Shown piece after piece: positions 50,260 to 63,577 of a stretch of DNA of 64,000 bases (position 1 is its first letter; each line of letters starts with the position of its first letter). The stretch spans positions 62,001-126,000 of the forward strand of contig JAAILG010000040.1 in assembly GCA_012026655.1 (NCBI GenBank), read 5' to 3'. Made by a program: the position numbers and the translations under genes. This DNA comes from Hydrolagus affinis. Lineage: Eukaryota. Under the pieces are notes generated by a model. It ran no database searches, was not told the DNA's origin, and worked only from the letters and a program-made list of their open reading frames with translations.

Positions 50260-50949
50260 ACAAGTTTTTTGTCCAAAAAAAGCACACAGTCAACCCGCTT
50301 TACACCGTATCCTAAAAAGCGCTTTGAGACGTCTCAACCTGAAAAGGCACCATATCAAATGCAAGGAATGTAGTTGCATAGTAAAGTTGAGCAGCTTGTT
50401 CAATACACTCAGTATTTAATTTATCTGATTTACATGGCCAAACTGACATCAAAGTATTTTTTATATCCGTCTCAAAACCCAAAGTCTTGACTGTCAAAGT
50501 CTACTCTTGGCTCTGCGATGCAACCACTGATACCAAAGCCAATGTTTTCACTGCACCTTTGCAAAAGCTGGGCTGCCATTTGTGCCCTCTCTCTCTCTGT
50601 TTGTCTGGTCGCAGTCTTTGCTTTGCAAAAGCCGACATAAAATCAATTTTGTGATGGTCGACTCTGACCCAGATTATGCAGAAATGTTCTTTAAACTCCC
50701 CGATTACAGTGCTCCAGGTTGGAGGAGGGAGACAGGAGTCAATAAACTGCGCGATGCACCACATTTTGTTTGGGGACCTGTTGTTAGAATGGCTGACTTT
50801 CATTACAAAATCACATGTTTTGTGATGGCAGACTACTCAGTGATCGAACCATTCATCGCATGCACGTACGCAGCTGACGCATCTTGTCCTTAAACTCTCA
50901 CAACACAAGACAAAAACCTTCCATAGGACACATAATTTATAAGCTGCCT

Positions 50950-51229
50950 AAGACATTTCAAAGCACATCACAGAATATGTTATAAAGTGAATTGACTATA
51001 TTTTGTGGACAAAACACAGCAGCCAATCAAATGCCCACAGCATTTTTCCATAAACAGTCTTATCCCCGGAAAAGTGATCCGCAAATCGACTAATAACCGA
51101 GTTTCTACTTACTGCTAGGCAAACAGCGGCGTGTGGAGCAAGGAAACTTGCCCAACATTTTGGCCTGCCGGGAATCAAACCCAGGCCTCTCGCTTGTGAG
51201 GCAAAAGTTCTAACCAGCAAGCTACAGGA
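50950..51229 (-). mobile_element. tRNA-derived SINE, long form, diverged
   Basis: Extra central segment present; head degraded. Confidence 0.8.
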
Positions 51230-51246
51230 TGATGCTCTCAACAGAT

Positions 51247-51267
51247 CTCAGCACCATGGAGTGCTGC
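51247..51267 (+). promoter_or_regulatory. RE1/NRSE-like site
   Basis: CTCAGCACCATGGAGTGCTGC compared with the consensus TTCAGCACCAYGGACAGCGCC. Confidence 0.35.
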
Positions 51268-51971
51268 AATAACATTAGATGACTCTCAAGAACGTTACTG
51301 AAATGTACCATGAGACTTCAATGCTTTGTTTTTAAGAAGATATATTATAGATGCCTTTCTGTTTGGCGAGTCTTCTGAGGACTGAGATAGTCATTAACAA
51401 TAGCCGCGATGATTTATGAAGCAGGAGACTGAAGAACAAAGAGAATGTCGAAGAAGCTTGGTAAGAAATAGGTAGCCATTCCGTTATCTCCTTTACAGCT
51501 ATGTCCCATTCCTCAATGTGCACAACTGAATGTTGAATTTCAATCAAAAAGAATCAGAAAACTACAATATTTTCATGTTTTAGCATCTAACACTTCCCCG
51601 ACATAAGTAATTGCCTCCATTCTTGGAGACGAGCTCAACATGGTAAGATCCAGTGATGCACATTGTAATTTTTTTAAAATTGTAGCATTGCTTGGGTTAA
51701 CACAAAGGGGGGAATTTCGTGATCAGCTTGAGTTCTCAAAATGGCTGAAGTTACCTTGGATCATCTTGAATATTCTGTAGACCATTCCACCTCAATGGTA
51801 CTGCTTTGGCAGTCAACGCAGAAGTGACCACATGATTAGCTGCATGAAGCCACATTAACATTATAAAGGCAGTGCCTGGTATGTATTTCCAGATGACATT
51901 GATGACTTTCTCTCCTAACATAATTTCCAAATTCCCTACAGCAATTAATATTAACAAGCCATTTCTCTCAC

Positions 51972-52042
51972 CTCCCATGAAATTCGCATATTGTGAGGTT
52001 CCGTTCCTTCTCCTTTGACATTTACTGGATTCTTCTCAGGAA
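51972..52042 (-). CDS. CHL1: L1-family CAM (CHL1-like) coding exon, start of FNIII-2 (absent from the ORF track)
   Basis: ttttactcag|TT CCT GAG AAG AAT CCA...TCA TGG GAG|gtgaga; 71 nt, phase 1-0; (V)PEKNPVNVKGEGTEPHNMRISWE, close to the L1CAM PEKNPVDVKGEG segment. Confidence 0.92.
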
Positions 52043-54133
52043 CTGAGTAAAATGGGGAAAGAAAACATGCACATTAACAGAATAATCTGAACCCCTTGGC
52101 ATAAAAAAAACTATTATTTTTCTTTATCAGACCACGTGAACCACTTAGATTGCCTCCTGCTACACGTTATGGAATTGAATAAAAAACACAGAAAAGGAAA
52201 GTGTTCAAAAAATTGTAATGTTGACTGGGGATCTCATAGTTTGGATCTTTATTTGTCTTCAATGCAATTCTGAAACCTGATGTAAAGTGAAACAAAAGTG
52301 AGGCCCCAATTGCCATCTTGTCTTTGGTCATGAGACCATTTTGTCTTAAATTCTAAGATAAAGCAATTGTCGAACACCCTTCAATTCCATCTCAATGTGG
52401 AAGCTTTTTTTTTAAAAAAGAAGAACTGAGGCAATCTGGCTTTCAAAGAATTCCTATCTTGAATTTCAGGGGGGAATGCAAGTAAGTGGAATTTTGAGCC
52501 TTTATGTAGTGTTTTAAAAATGTCTACTTTCATTTAGTATTTGGGGAGATTTTCCACCCACTCGTAGCCAATAAAGCGTAAGTGCATTAGTAGAGTACAT
52601 TTATTCTTGAGAGTTGCAAATAATAATCCTTGCAATTGATATATCAAAATAGATCATGTTTTTAAACCACAATGTAGAACCACCTACTAATGAATGAGAT
52701 GTGGGCAATGGATTAGCCCATAGAGCACAATAGCGCGCAAGGCTCAATGGTACTGACACTCCTGTATTAATAGCCTGGAGTTTCAGTCCATTGTGAGGGA
52801 TTAGTCTGCAGTCTTGTCTATGGACTGTATGGATGGAATGGGAAAATTAAGAAACACGTTAAGCAACTGGACTCACCACAAATCAGCACATAACATCTGT
52901 GCATCTAAAACCTTATAATGGTTTCCTTAGATTTGTAACAATCTTTCCTTGAACAGACTAGTTTTCATTGGAATACCAACTTGCATCTATGCTTTACATT
53001 CTTTATTCAGACAAAAGTTTTTGTGCCCTTGGGGGTTTGGTATTGCAATTCCTCAACAAACGACTTTCACTGGCATAATACAGACAGGTACATGACATGC
53101 TACCTATCTATACTAGCGTAAGATAGCAGTGGTTGATGAAGATAAAAACTTTATAATTTGCTTGCCGAGCTTCCTGCTTCAACTGCATCAGTGGGGAGGG
53201 GGGGTGTGGTGGGGGGGAATCATGATCTATGTACTTTGACCAAACACTGCAGATAAATGAAAACCTATCAGTTTCTGACCCAGCATTCTTGTAACTCTTC
53301 CAAAACACATTGGATTGATACCAAAAGCTACTGGAAAATCTTCAAGCACTGAAAATAAGAAAAGAAGAAGCATTCTTCTCTGTGCCAGAAGTTGCAACTC
53401 AATACAAAAACAGAGCAGTGAAAAACAAACTTATCTTTAAGAGACAGAGGAATCCCTCAGGAGAGAAGAGGGAAGCAGGTTTTGCAGAAATTAGTTACAA
53501 TTGCAACCACAGCAGATATTTAACAGTGAAAGTCAGTGCAACAGTTTCAATCTATAAAAATGATATTAAAACATCATAAAACATCAGTTAATGTAAAGTT
53601 GTGGGGGGAAATTCCACCTGTCCAGATTTACGCTGTAAATTTTCTTTGCACTTCAGAGTACAAAATCTGGCAAATTGTTCAATTCAGTTCAAATCTTTGA
53701 AGCTGGTTTTCTGAAGCTTCAATACAATACAAATTTACATTTATGTAGCGCTTTTCATCTTTTGGGGATTTTTTTCATCAAAGAGTTTACAGTAAACTAG
53801 CTTCAAAATGACATTTATGAATTGCATTTATGAATTTGGATGCTCTGAAATGCTGCATAAATAAAGTCAATCCATGATGGAAATTATGGAAATTTCCCCA
53901 GTGATCTACTTTGTGGAAATTGTAATATCTTAGTAGGGATATAGTGAATGACATTGATATGCAAAAAGTGGCTGCTGCGTTTCTCCCACAAAATACACCG
54001 TTAAAACCACTTTACGGAATATTCTGTGAAGTACTTTGAGACATCTCGACAAAGTGATACAATATATCAAATGCAAGGATTAGTATTTATTATTAGAGTA
54101 TTATGATAATAAGTCAAGGACTCATTCACATAC

Positions 54134-54331
54134 CTGCAGATTGTGTTAAGTACCTTTCGGAAGGCACACTCGGCTTGCTCTTGCCCACTCTATTTAATGC
54201 TGAAACACGAAACTGGTAGTTCATGTAAGGGGAGAGATGCAATAGAACGGATGTATCATTTCCACTGGCTGTTGTCTTGTGGTGCCACCTTCCAGCATCA
54301 AACAGATCATCTTCATACTCCACAATAAATT
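54134..54331 (-). CDS. CHL1: L1-family CAM (CHL1-like) coding exon, second half of FNIII-1
   Basis: ttattttcag|AA TTT ATT GTG...TCT GCA G|gtatgt; 198 nt, phase 1-1; (E)FIVEYEDDLFDAGRWHHKTTASGNDTSVLLHLSPYMNYQFRVSALNRVGKSKPSVPSERYLTQSA, with the FNIII L-x-P-Y-x-x-Y-x-F-R-V-x-A-x-N motif. Confidence 0.93.
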
Positions 54332-55438
54332 CTGAAAATAAGAGCCAGGTGCTTGTTTCAAACATTAGCCTAGTCTTGTCAATAACGTGTCTCACAGATC
54401 AGGAATAAATGGATAGAACAACTACATAAGTTGATAGTTGGTTTGTTTTAGAGCAGTGGCAAAGTTTTGCAAAGTTCCTAGAATTTGTCTTTTTGTTACA
54501 GCTCTGATGTAATTAGTAGATGTGCTATCTACCGACAGCTGAATCTTGAGTTCAGCCATTGAAATTACTTCTTAAAACAGCAGACAATTTAACCATTCAC
54601 CTTTTCTACACATTTATTCAATTGATAGTTTAATAAAAAAACATCTCTGGCACATTCTGAAACCTTTGTTTGCATACAAAGCAATGATCATCATGTTAAT
54701 TTACATAAACTTAAAAATCTTCAGCCTTCTGATCAATCAGATTTTCCTTCTAAAGTTACATTAAACTAAATCACTGCATCAAGGAAATAAATCATGCATT
54801 ATTGAGTCCTTTTTATTTGAACGATTATATTTCTGCCATCTCCCTAAAAAACATTTATTTCATTTTTTGACAGCCTGGAAGGCAGGTGCAGGGGATCAAC
54901 GAAAAGTAATTTTATACTTTTGAAATAACTTTTGGTGCATTATAATGTTGCACTTCACCACAAAGGCTCTCCTGGGAGGATAGTGATATGAAGTATAAAG
55001 TTAGGTTTATATAGGAGAGAGAGAGAGCGATACAGAAAATAAATAATGATAGAGAAGTAATGGTAGGGAGGGAGGGAGGAAGGCAGGGAGGAACAAACAC
55101 AGAATGAGAAGTAGATTCAGACAGAGTGGCACACACATAAATGTTCAGGTATATTTCATATAGAAGTCCTTGTAAAACAAGACTGCTAATTTTGTGTTAA
55201 TTGTTGCTCAATTAGAATCGATGACAACACAGAATGTTAGATTGAAGCTGGCCAGATCCACTTCAATTTGAATCCTGAGAAACAACAGCAACAACAAAAG
55301 ACTTTGAATCCCATTTGTCTGGCCTGGAGTCGAATCCAAGCCTCACAGATGAAAAAAGAGCATCCCAATTGCGCGCTCTACTCAAACAGCACTTTGAAAA
55401 CAAACAAAAAAGCAGTTTACATAGCAATGTGTACATAC

Positions 55439-55540
55439 CGGTTATGGGGCTGTTACGGCTATTGCCTGGTTTCCACGTTAACCTAATGCTCCGATCTTGA
55501 GGATCTGACAACGTCAGACTTTCTGGTGATTCTGGAAAAT
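55439..55540 (-). CDS. CHL1: L1-family CAM (CHL1-like) coding exon, first half of FNIII-1
   Basis: Minus strand reads tctttattag|AT TTT CCA...ATA ACC G|gtatgt; 102 nt, phase 1-1; (D)FPESPESLTLSDPQDRSIRLTWKPGNSRNSPIT(E). Confidence 0.9.
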
Positions 55541-56487
55541 CTAATAAAGAGTAAATTAAAATGTTAGTAATTCTCACAAATGTGCACCATCCATTTTAAA
55601 ATTCAAACAAAACGTGCTAAATAATCTGTGTGTTTTGCCCGAGGGTAAATTAATCACAAATGGATACCATTGCAAGATAATGAAAAAAAACCTCCCAGTT
55701 GTCTGACTAATGGTAGGGAACCAGTGATAAAGGCACCACAAAAAAATCAATCCTTGTGCATGTTTTGGATGATTCATATAGTTTGTACCTGTGGCACTGA
55801 TTAGGTCATGTTCTTAACCTAATTATTCAGTTTTCCAGAAATCAATATCATGTCTTGTGCACTGATGGCATCATTTTCAATCTGCACAAATCGGAGGAAT
55901 GGAATCTAGCCGGTCAGATTAACTTGTGCATTTTGCAGAAAGATTGCTTTCGAAAAGATTCGGAAAGTGGTGGACACAAAACAAACCAGAGATGTAAAAA
56001 CAGCAAATGTTTTTATAATCAAAATATAGTGTAGCCTTGTGTTTTGGAGCTTTCCCCCCCGCCACCCCACCCCCTCCCTTGTTACAATGGGTACCACAAA
56101 CACACATTGACACTGGCTATAATTCCAGGTTGCCTGATCGCTGCTGAGGTTAGCTGACTGGTCTCGACAACAACTTCCAACAACAACTTGAACCCTTCCC
56201 ACGGGGTAGCTTCCCGGAGCGCTTCTCCGTGGCGGGGTCTGACAACACAGGAAGCAGGAAATTTACTTCGAAACCTTCCGTAGGACACATGAGTTACAAC
56301 TTATAAGATGCCTAACACCCTCATGTGGCACGTTAGAATTCCCAGCTCCCCGTGATCCCAAAAATTAACAGCACGCGACAGGTTTTACTAATGGAAGCTC
56401 ACAATAACCAATTCCCTGTAACAAGCAGATCATGATAACTGACTCACTCTGAAGTTCTGGAGGTGAAGCATCTGAACTATTACCATA

Positions 56488-56861
56488 ACAATATTCCTTG
56501 CATTTGATGTGGCGCCCTATCAAGTCTTTGAGACGTCTCAAAGCGCAAATCAAAGTACATACTGTAAAGTGAATTGACTGTATATTTTGTGTGTGAAACG
56601 CAGCAGCCAACTGTATACAGTAGTGTCCCACAAATAGTCGTGCATTGAGTAATCCAATAATTTTTAGTTGCTTTGAAGGAATTATTATCCCTGCAGAAAA
56701 GCGATCCACTAATCGACTAACCACCCTGTTGCTAGTCATGGCTAGGTAAACAGAAGCGTATGAAGTAAGGAAACTTGCCCACGGTTACGCCCTGCCGGTA
56801 ACTGAACCCAGGTCCTCTCGCTTACGAAGCAAGTGCTCCAACTACCAAACTGCTGGACTCC
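56488..56861 (-). mobile_element. tRNA-derived SINE, long form
   Basis: Tail near 56490, extra central segment, head ending GGACTCC on the plus strand. Confidence 0.85.
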
Positions 56862-59800
56862 ACAAGTCCTGTTCAGTTAGTTATTTGTGATGCACTGCCG
56901 GTTACAATCAGAATTCCTCCTCAGTGACTCTCGGTCGCTGTTAGTGACGGGTGTAGACAGTCACTTTTTCCAACCCAATTACTTCTCTTGCTCTTAACTT
57001 TCAAATCAAGACAATTAGGTGAACAATTATTCTTTGCGTCCCCCAACAAATCTGCCTGTTTATTCATCCATCCTGCAAAAGGCTTCTTCGAGTCGATTCT
57101 TTATTATTCAGCGGCATAAATCTATTCTATTTCATTTCTCAAGCCATTAGAAAAGATAATTTCTGCAGACATCAGGAAAGATAATGACAGTTTTTCCTAC
57201 TCATTTATTGTGATGAAATGCTTTATCCTTCCAGAATAACAAAAATTACTTTCCACAAATTATTTATGTTGCTCTAAATTGCATTTCCTGGGCAACTTTA
57301 AGCTATTCACAACGCTAAATGCATTGCGGAGATGTCCAGTGGCTGAAAACGTGACGTCTAGAAGACGTGAAAAGCGCTCGATCAAATGCAAGGAATATCA
57401 TTAGCAAAATACACCATCTCCAACTAGGTGGCATGATGGTGAGGTGGAGATGGTGCACATTTGCACCTGTTCCCGAGGTTGCTTGAAAGTGAAGCTATTC
57501 CAGAAGGTGAAACTATATTTAATCGAATCCAGATGTAGCTTCCTTATCCTGGCAACACAATGCTCTTATTGAAATGCTCCCTAATGGCTGGTGTCTGTTC
57601 ACGGAAGCAGGTCACTGCTGTGCCTTCTCCTGTGCCGATTCGCACACCGGGAGAATTTGACTGAAGGGCAAGCTTGCGAGTCTATCAGCCGAGCAGTGGA
57701 GAGATCAGACTAATCAAATCACACAGCTCTTTAACAATGAATTAACATTCTCGATGAGAGGCTGAGGTAATTTAACAAAATTAATTTGAGGACTGACGAG
57801 CTGGTTGACTAGATCTCAGGTGGCTCCAACAGAAGCGTGAAGGGCCCAGTGATTCTCCATCACCTCCGTGTACAACAATACCTTCAACCAGTTACTGATA
57901 TGCTCTCTATTAAACAGCAACATTTTTAGTTCAGAAGATTATTTTGACCCATTGTGGTTGAGCAATTGGTTCCTCTATTATCACCCTGCGTTATTTATCC
58001 CACATTCTAACTTTTCCCTCATATACTCCAATATTTTGGTTGCTGAAAGTGCTTATCTTCCAGTTCCCCTTTGAATCATTCTATCAATTAAGCTTCAATA
58101 CGCCTTTTCTGATAAACTCCATGCCCTAACAAGCTTCAGTATGAAGACAATTGTTTCTCTGCCATGACTGAGACTGTGAAGTTGTGAGGATTCCCATTAC
58201 CTACAATGTTATGTGAGGATAGTAGGATAGGCACGATGCAAGGATAAGATCAAATGAGCCAAAAGACTCACTTCAGGAACCTCTCTTGTGATGCAACTCT
58301 GTAGCACAGTGAGCTGATATTCCATCATTCCAATAAATAACCTGCTAATGCTTTTTCCAATCTTTTTTTTCCCCCCCATAAAGTTCCCTGAGAAAAACGC
58401 CAGCAGTTTTGGATTTAATTAATTGGCTGCCCTTTGCAAAAAAAAAAGATTTGCGGGACGAGATGTTAATATGCAATTTATAGCATGGAGATTGCAACAA
58501 CTGAAAGGGGAAAATTGAAATTTAATGATAAAACAACTTTGTTGAACTCCTTTAAGGTTGCATGTTGAGCTGAAAAACACTTAACAAATCTTGCGCATTA
58601 TTACACTCCATGTTAACTTCTAGTTGGTAAGACCTTGTAATTAAAAAAAACTTCAGGCTTCTCTACCCTGTCATCGCTAAATTATTTATAAATTCATACT
58701 CATTGTCTTTTGCAATTTACGCTAAATAAGTAAGAATGCAACTGCTTAGCAGACACAAAATCGGCTTCAAATGGGGAAACCAAGTGAGGGGGAAAGCGAA
58801 CCCTCCCAGTCGCCATGAAAATTTTATATCTAATAGCAATCCAGCCTGCATCTAAACAGGAAGCACAAAGATACCATCGTTCATTAAGTATTTCAATGTA
58901 CATTCTTGCATTTGCTCCCACTTAGCAAGCTTATTTACTCTGATAAAGACCAGCATTGGTCAATTGATTGGGGTAGTAAGGGGATAATTCAATCAACCTA
59001 TCTCGCAGCATCAATCGAAGCTCATTCACATTGTGTTGACTCCATATGTTTTGCTGCAGGCCAGCAAAAGGGAAATGCAAAGCTGGAACCTTGCTTCTGC
59101 AAGAGAGCTCCATTAAGTGCAGTCTAGTGTTAAGCTTGCTAATTGTTTAATATCTAGGGCTGGCTTGCGACCAAAGGTGTAAGGAAGCTTAGGTAAAGCT
59201 CCATATCTTAAGACAATTTGCTTATTATATGAGGCTCCAGTTCTGTGCCATGTCCAGTAAACTCCTGATAACTCGTCACTCCAAGAAAAAAGGATTTTTG
59301 TGTCAGTGATGGGTTATACTGACTGGCGAGTCAGTAATGTATTAATATATAAATAAATGTGGTCGAGATGTTGACAGTGCAAGTGGTCTTGATGAGTTTA
59401 GATTGAGTTATCGGAGTTTACTTATAAACTATCTGGCTCGTCCACAGCAAGATTTAGCAATGCCCTTAATCATGCAATTAACTAACGAAAATTAGTTATT
59501 AATCTTTAAATTAGATACCATTAATTTTCATTGGTTGTGAATGACCTCATTAAGGGCATTCTTGGGTCAATTTCAGGGGCTTTTAATCAGGTAATTCACA
59601 CGTGTGGTTTACACATGACACAAGCAACAATGTGTTTGTACTTGGCGTATTAGATAATAACTATTGTGGATTGTAACTTGTTCCACATAAACGCTCAAAT
59701 CAGACAAAAGTCCTGCTGAATTTATATTTAATTCATTAGGAAATAGACAGATGTTAAACTCTAACGCAAGACGCTCTTGTATTTCCCAAAGCGTACCTCA

Positions 59801-62426
59801 TCTACACACCCGCTAATCCCAAAACGGTACCTTAGATTGCAGCCTCCACTGCACTATCAGATTTCAAGGCTGTAGGGGTTGTCATAACAAAAGATCCACA
59901 ATTGCAGTTACACTGTGCAGTTGAGGCGTGTTGAGACTCTGTGTGAGCATCGTTGTGTGCAAGCTTATGTGTTTACTCATTTTATCAATCATCTCTCTGG
60001 AAAGTCATATACCATATTTACAGTGTTTAATAGAATCAGCAGATGGTTATTGCAACTGCTGGCATAATATCAGCAATACAGTCATCTCGCCACGCTTCTA
60101 ACTCTGCCACTTTTTCTTTTATGGCGAACACGCTCTACATCTCTTCCCCCATTTCTTCTCCTAGTTGCAATCACAGAGGTGGCACTCAATCTGCTCCTCG
60201 GCTTCTGTTTGCGAAGCTTGCCTGGTCTTTGCTCTGCATTTTCCCCAGAGTGTTTGTACATTTGACATCATGAACGCAGTGGCACCGTAGATATTATCAG
60301 CTAGAGGACGGTTGGTTGCAGAGCTAACCTTCTCTAACTCTGCTCCAACAACATTTCTCAATTTAATTTACGAGGCCCAAATTTCTGTCTTTGAACACAC
60401 TATTGTAGTTCTGAAATCAATCATCTTGCCATATCCCCTGTCCGCCCCCACCTCTGTGAGATTGTTAATTCACTGCTGAATTAAGGGGCAGTTTTATATC
60501 ACCTGCCCATGAGGAACAGAATTGTCTCGTTTTCCTTTTCATGTCACTTCGAACCTTTGGTTTGGCCCACAAAATATACTGTTAATTCACTTTACAGTAT
60601 ATTCTGTGAAGGTATTTGAGATGTCTGGAAGACCTGATAAATGCAAGAATTATTATTATTATTGCTTTATCATTATTGGAGCAAATAGATGGCGAGACTC
60701 GATTCCATCAGTCTGAGCTGGAGTGCAAACCACATCTAAAGAGTTTAAAGATCAGTGCAGTGACCCATTAAACCACATGATCCTTCCCCAAACTCCTCTC
60801 TTTTACGAAAGAGTCCAGCAAAACATCAATTATAATAAGCAATTAGCAAAGCGACCTAATTCGTATTAGTCTGAACATATATGTTAAAAGCAGATCACAG
60901 CAGGTCTGAATAAAATTAAAGGCGGTCTTGGCCTCTCACAATATTTCAACGCAGACCAGCTGGTGCTGTTGATAACTCTGGGGAAGCCACATAAGTCAAG
61001 CCAATACACAGCAAGAAAATGTGCAACAAATTGCAGAATATGGTCAATGTTTTGCGATATAGTTTGGATTTTTTTTAAACATTTCGTTGGCAACAGTGAG
61101 CAATGGTGCTCACCGCGATTGCAATAGGAATTCAGGTAAGATTTGATTTAACTGACACACGACTTGAGCTTCAGGGAAGGCCATATCAAAGAACGGAGCG
61201 AGATATCTCCTGGAAGGAACAAAGCAGCAGATGTTTGTGAATGTACCCCTGAAACTAATAAGATAAATAACACACCTGGGAAATGCGATAAGGGCAGAGG
61301 TTTTCGACGGACGTGCTGGTAATAAAGCAATATATAAAATTGAGGCAGACTTGAAACATCTGCTAAGATGTCTTGAACAGAAGAATTCAAAACAAAAGTC
61401 AGGCTTGAGAAATGGGAATACGCTTGATAGGGACGCTGTATTATTAATCAGTGGGAAAATTATCAAAGCCCGATATACACAAATGAATGAAACAATATGA
61501 AGCAAAGATGACATGAAATTGAGCTCAATACACAATTCACAACATTTGTGAATTATATATGTGCATAAATATATATTTGAGGATTTATTTTTAATAAGGC
61601 GAGGTACAACAACAACAAAATTACATTTATAGAGCGCCTTTCACGTCAGGAAGATATGACTATTACTGAGAATTGAACATGTAACACTAGGCAGCCAATA
61701 AAAATAGTAAATAAGTCACTGTCAACATTAGGCTTTCTGACAAAATACTTCAATCCACAGTCATTCCTGACACCTGGATTAGCATCAAAATGACGCTTCC
61801 ATTATCTCCAGGCAAAAAAGCTACTTCGCACTGGCTGAGATTGTCCAATTAAAATTGGAAATTATAAATCTGAACAATGTTTCTCTCCCTCCCCCACTCT
61901 CCTCTGCCAATAAAAATAAAAATATAGAAATTTCAACAAATCTTAACTGTAAAAAAAACTACGTCAAGATCTCTGCTGCACTGAGTTCAAATTCAAGTCA
62001 TGCAGAGAAGGGATTGTAATATGCAACGGCTATCAAAACCGTGACATTTACTTTCAATGTTTGCATAAAAACAGTCACTACACTCAACAGTAAATATCAG
62101 TTTTGAGCAGAAGTTTGAGCACCAGCCTCGAGATATTTCACTGTTACATGGTACCACAGCAAATGCAAAGGCTATTAATAATTAATTTTCCATTTTGTTT
62201 CTATTAAGATGGTGGGAATGTCAGACATTCTCTAAAACATCTAAATATCATCTGGTATTAATCAATTCAGGATTTTTTTTCACACACAGAGAATTTAGGA
62301 TATGGAACGCCTTACCAGGAGCGGTGATTGACGTAGAATCCATATTGGCTTTCAAGAGGCAATTAGACAAATACCATGAAGAGAGTCAGTTACTCTGAGG
62401 AAAGTACTGTAAGTGGGACTGAAAGG

Positions 62427-62719
62427 ATAATAATAATAATCGTTGCATTTGATATAGCGCTTTTCACTTCTTCTAGACGTCTCAAAGTGCTTCACAGAAT
62501 AGACTGTAAAGTGAATTGACTGCATATTTGTGGGCGAAATGTAGCAGCCAATTGCGCACAGTCGTAGATTGAAATAACCAATTTATTCTAGTTTTTTTTG
62601 GGGATGGATTAGTGTTGGAGTAAGGAAATGTGGAGAAAGGAAATTTGCCTAAGGTTTCACCCTGACCTGCCTGGATTCGATTACAGCTCTTACACTTGTA
62701 AGGCGAGTGCTCTAACCAC
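62427..62719 (-). mobile_element. tRNA-derived SINE, short form, inserted into a CR1 3' fragment
   Basis: CR1 sequence at 62270-62425 resumes at about 62720 (GGATTGCTCTTGAGGAAGCCAGCACAGGCATGATAGACCAAATGG). Confidence 0.85.
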
Positions 62720-63323
62720 GGATTGCTCTTGAGGAAGCCAGCACAGGCATGATAGACCAAATGGACTTCTTCTGTGTCATAAATTTCTACGGTTAAACTT
62801 CCAAGCAAAAACTTACATTACACAGTGCCTGAAACACAAGCAAAACATCTTGGAGCGCTGCAATGAATTACCTTAATTAGAAATGAAGTTGAACGTGTGA
62901 ACAATTGTGGCAGGTTATTTACTCCAGCACAATCCCACAAGTAACAATGGGATAAATGGCAAATTCATTTGAATTTGAGATGAGATGAATATAAGACAGG
63001 TTAACCAGAAGAGAAAACTTGACATGTTTCTTTGAAATAGTGAAAGGCAGGTAGAGGTGGGGTAGGAATCCCATAACGACCCACTGAATCACAAGGCAGA
63101 TGGGATCTAAATTAATGACTCAATCAAAATTAATGATCTGACTTCGTTACTAAAGACGTATATCTCGCCACATTTATCCCACCTTTAAAAAGCTTTCTTT
63201 GTCATGCAGAAAAAACCCATCGCCACAGTTAGATCCACTTTTCAATAAATTCTGTGAAGCACTAAGAGGCTTACCAACGGTGTGATAAGGTGTTTTACAA
63301 GGGTGATTATTATTAGGAGTAGA

Positions 63324-63577
63324 CAGGCCCTCTCAGAAGTTCAGAGAGGCCTGGGCCATTTCCAACTTTTGAGGCCCCTGAAAGTTCCAAATCACGGCCT
63401 CACCATATTTAATCACTACAATATTAGGAAATTATAATTAAAATGTTTTTTTAAACTAACCTAATAAAAACGTGTAAAATTGTTAACAAAACTCAACAAG
63501 TGTCTAAATTTGAGGACCCCTTTGAGCTTGAGGCCCAGGCCAAATGGCCCTCCTGGCCTCCCTTCAGATTGGCCCTG
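63324..63577. mobile_element. hAT-type (Tip100-like) MITE
   Basis: Ends CAGGCCCTCTC... / ...GATTGGCCCTG; 8-bp TSD GGAGTAGA at 63316-63323 and 63578-63585; internal GAGGCCC subterminal repeats. Confidence 0.75.

Noticed and set aside
50582-50893. Protein-looking 103-aa plus-strand ORF
   Set aside because: No recognisable family or gene structure, antisense to the host gene; a BLASTp hit would be needed to revive it.
881-63314. Apparent sense-strand bias of SINE insertions
   Set aside because: Near-full copies are mostly on the minus strand, but many 3' fragments are on the plus strand, so the overall bias is not convincing.
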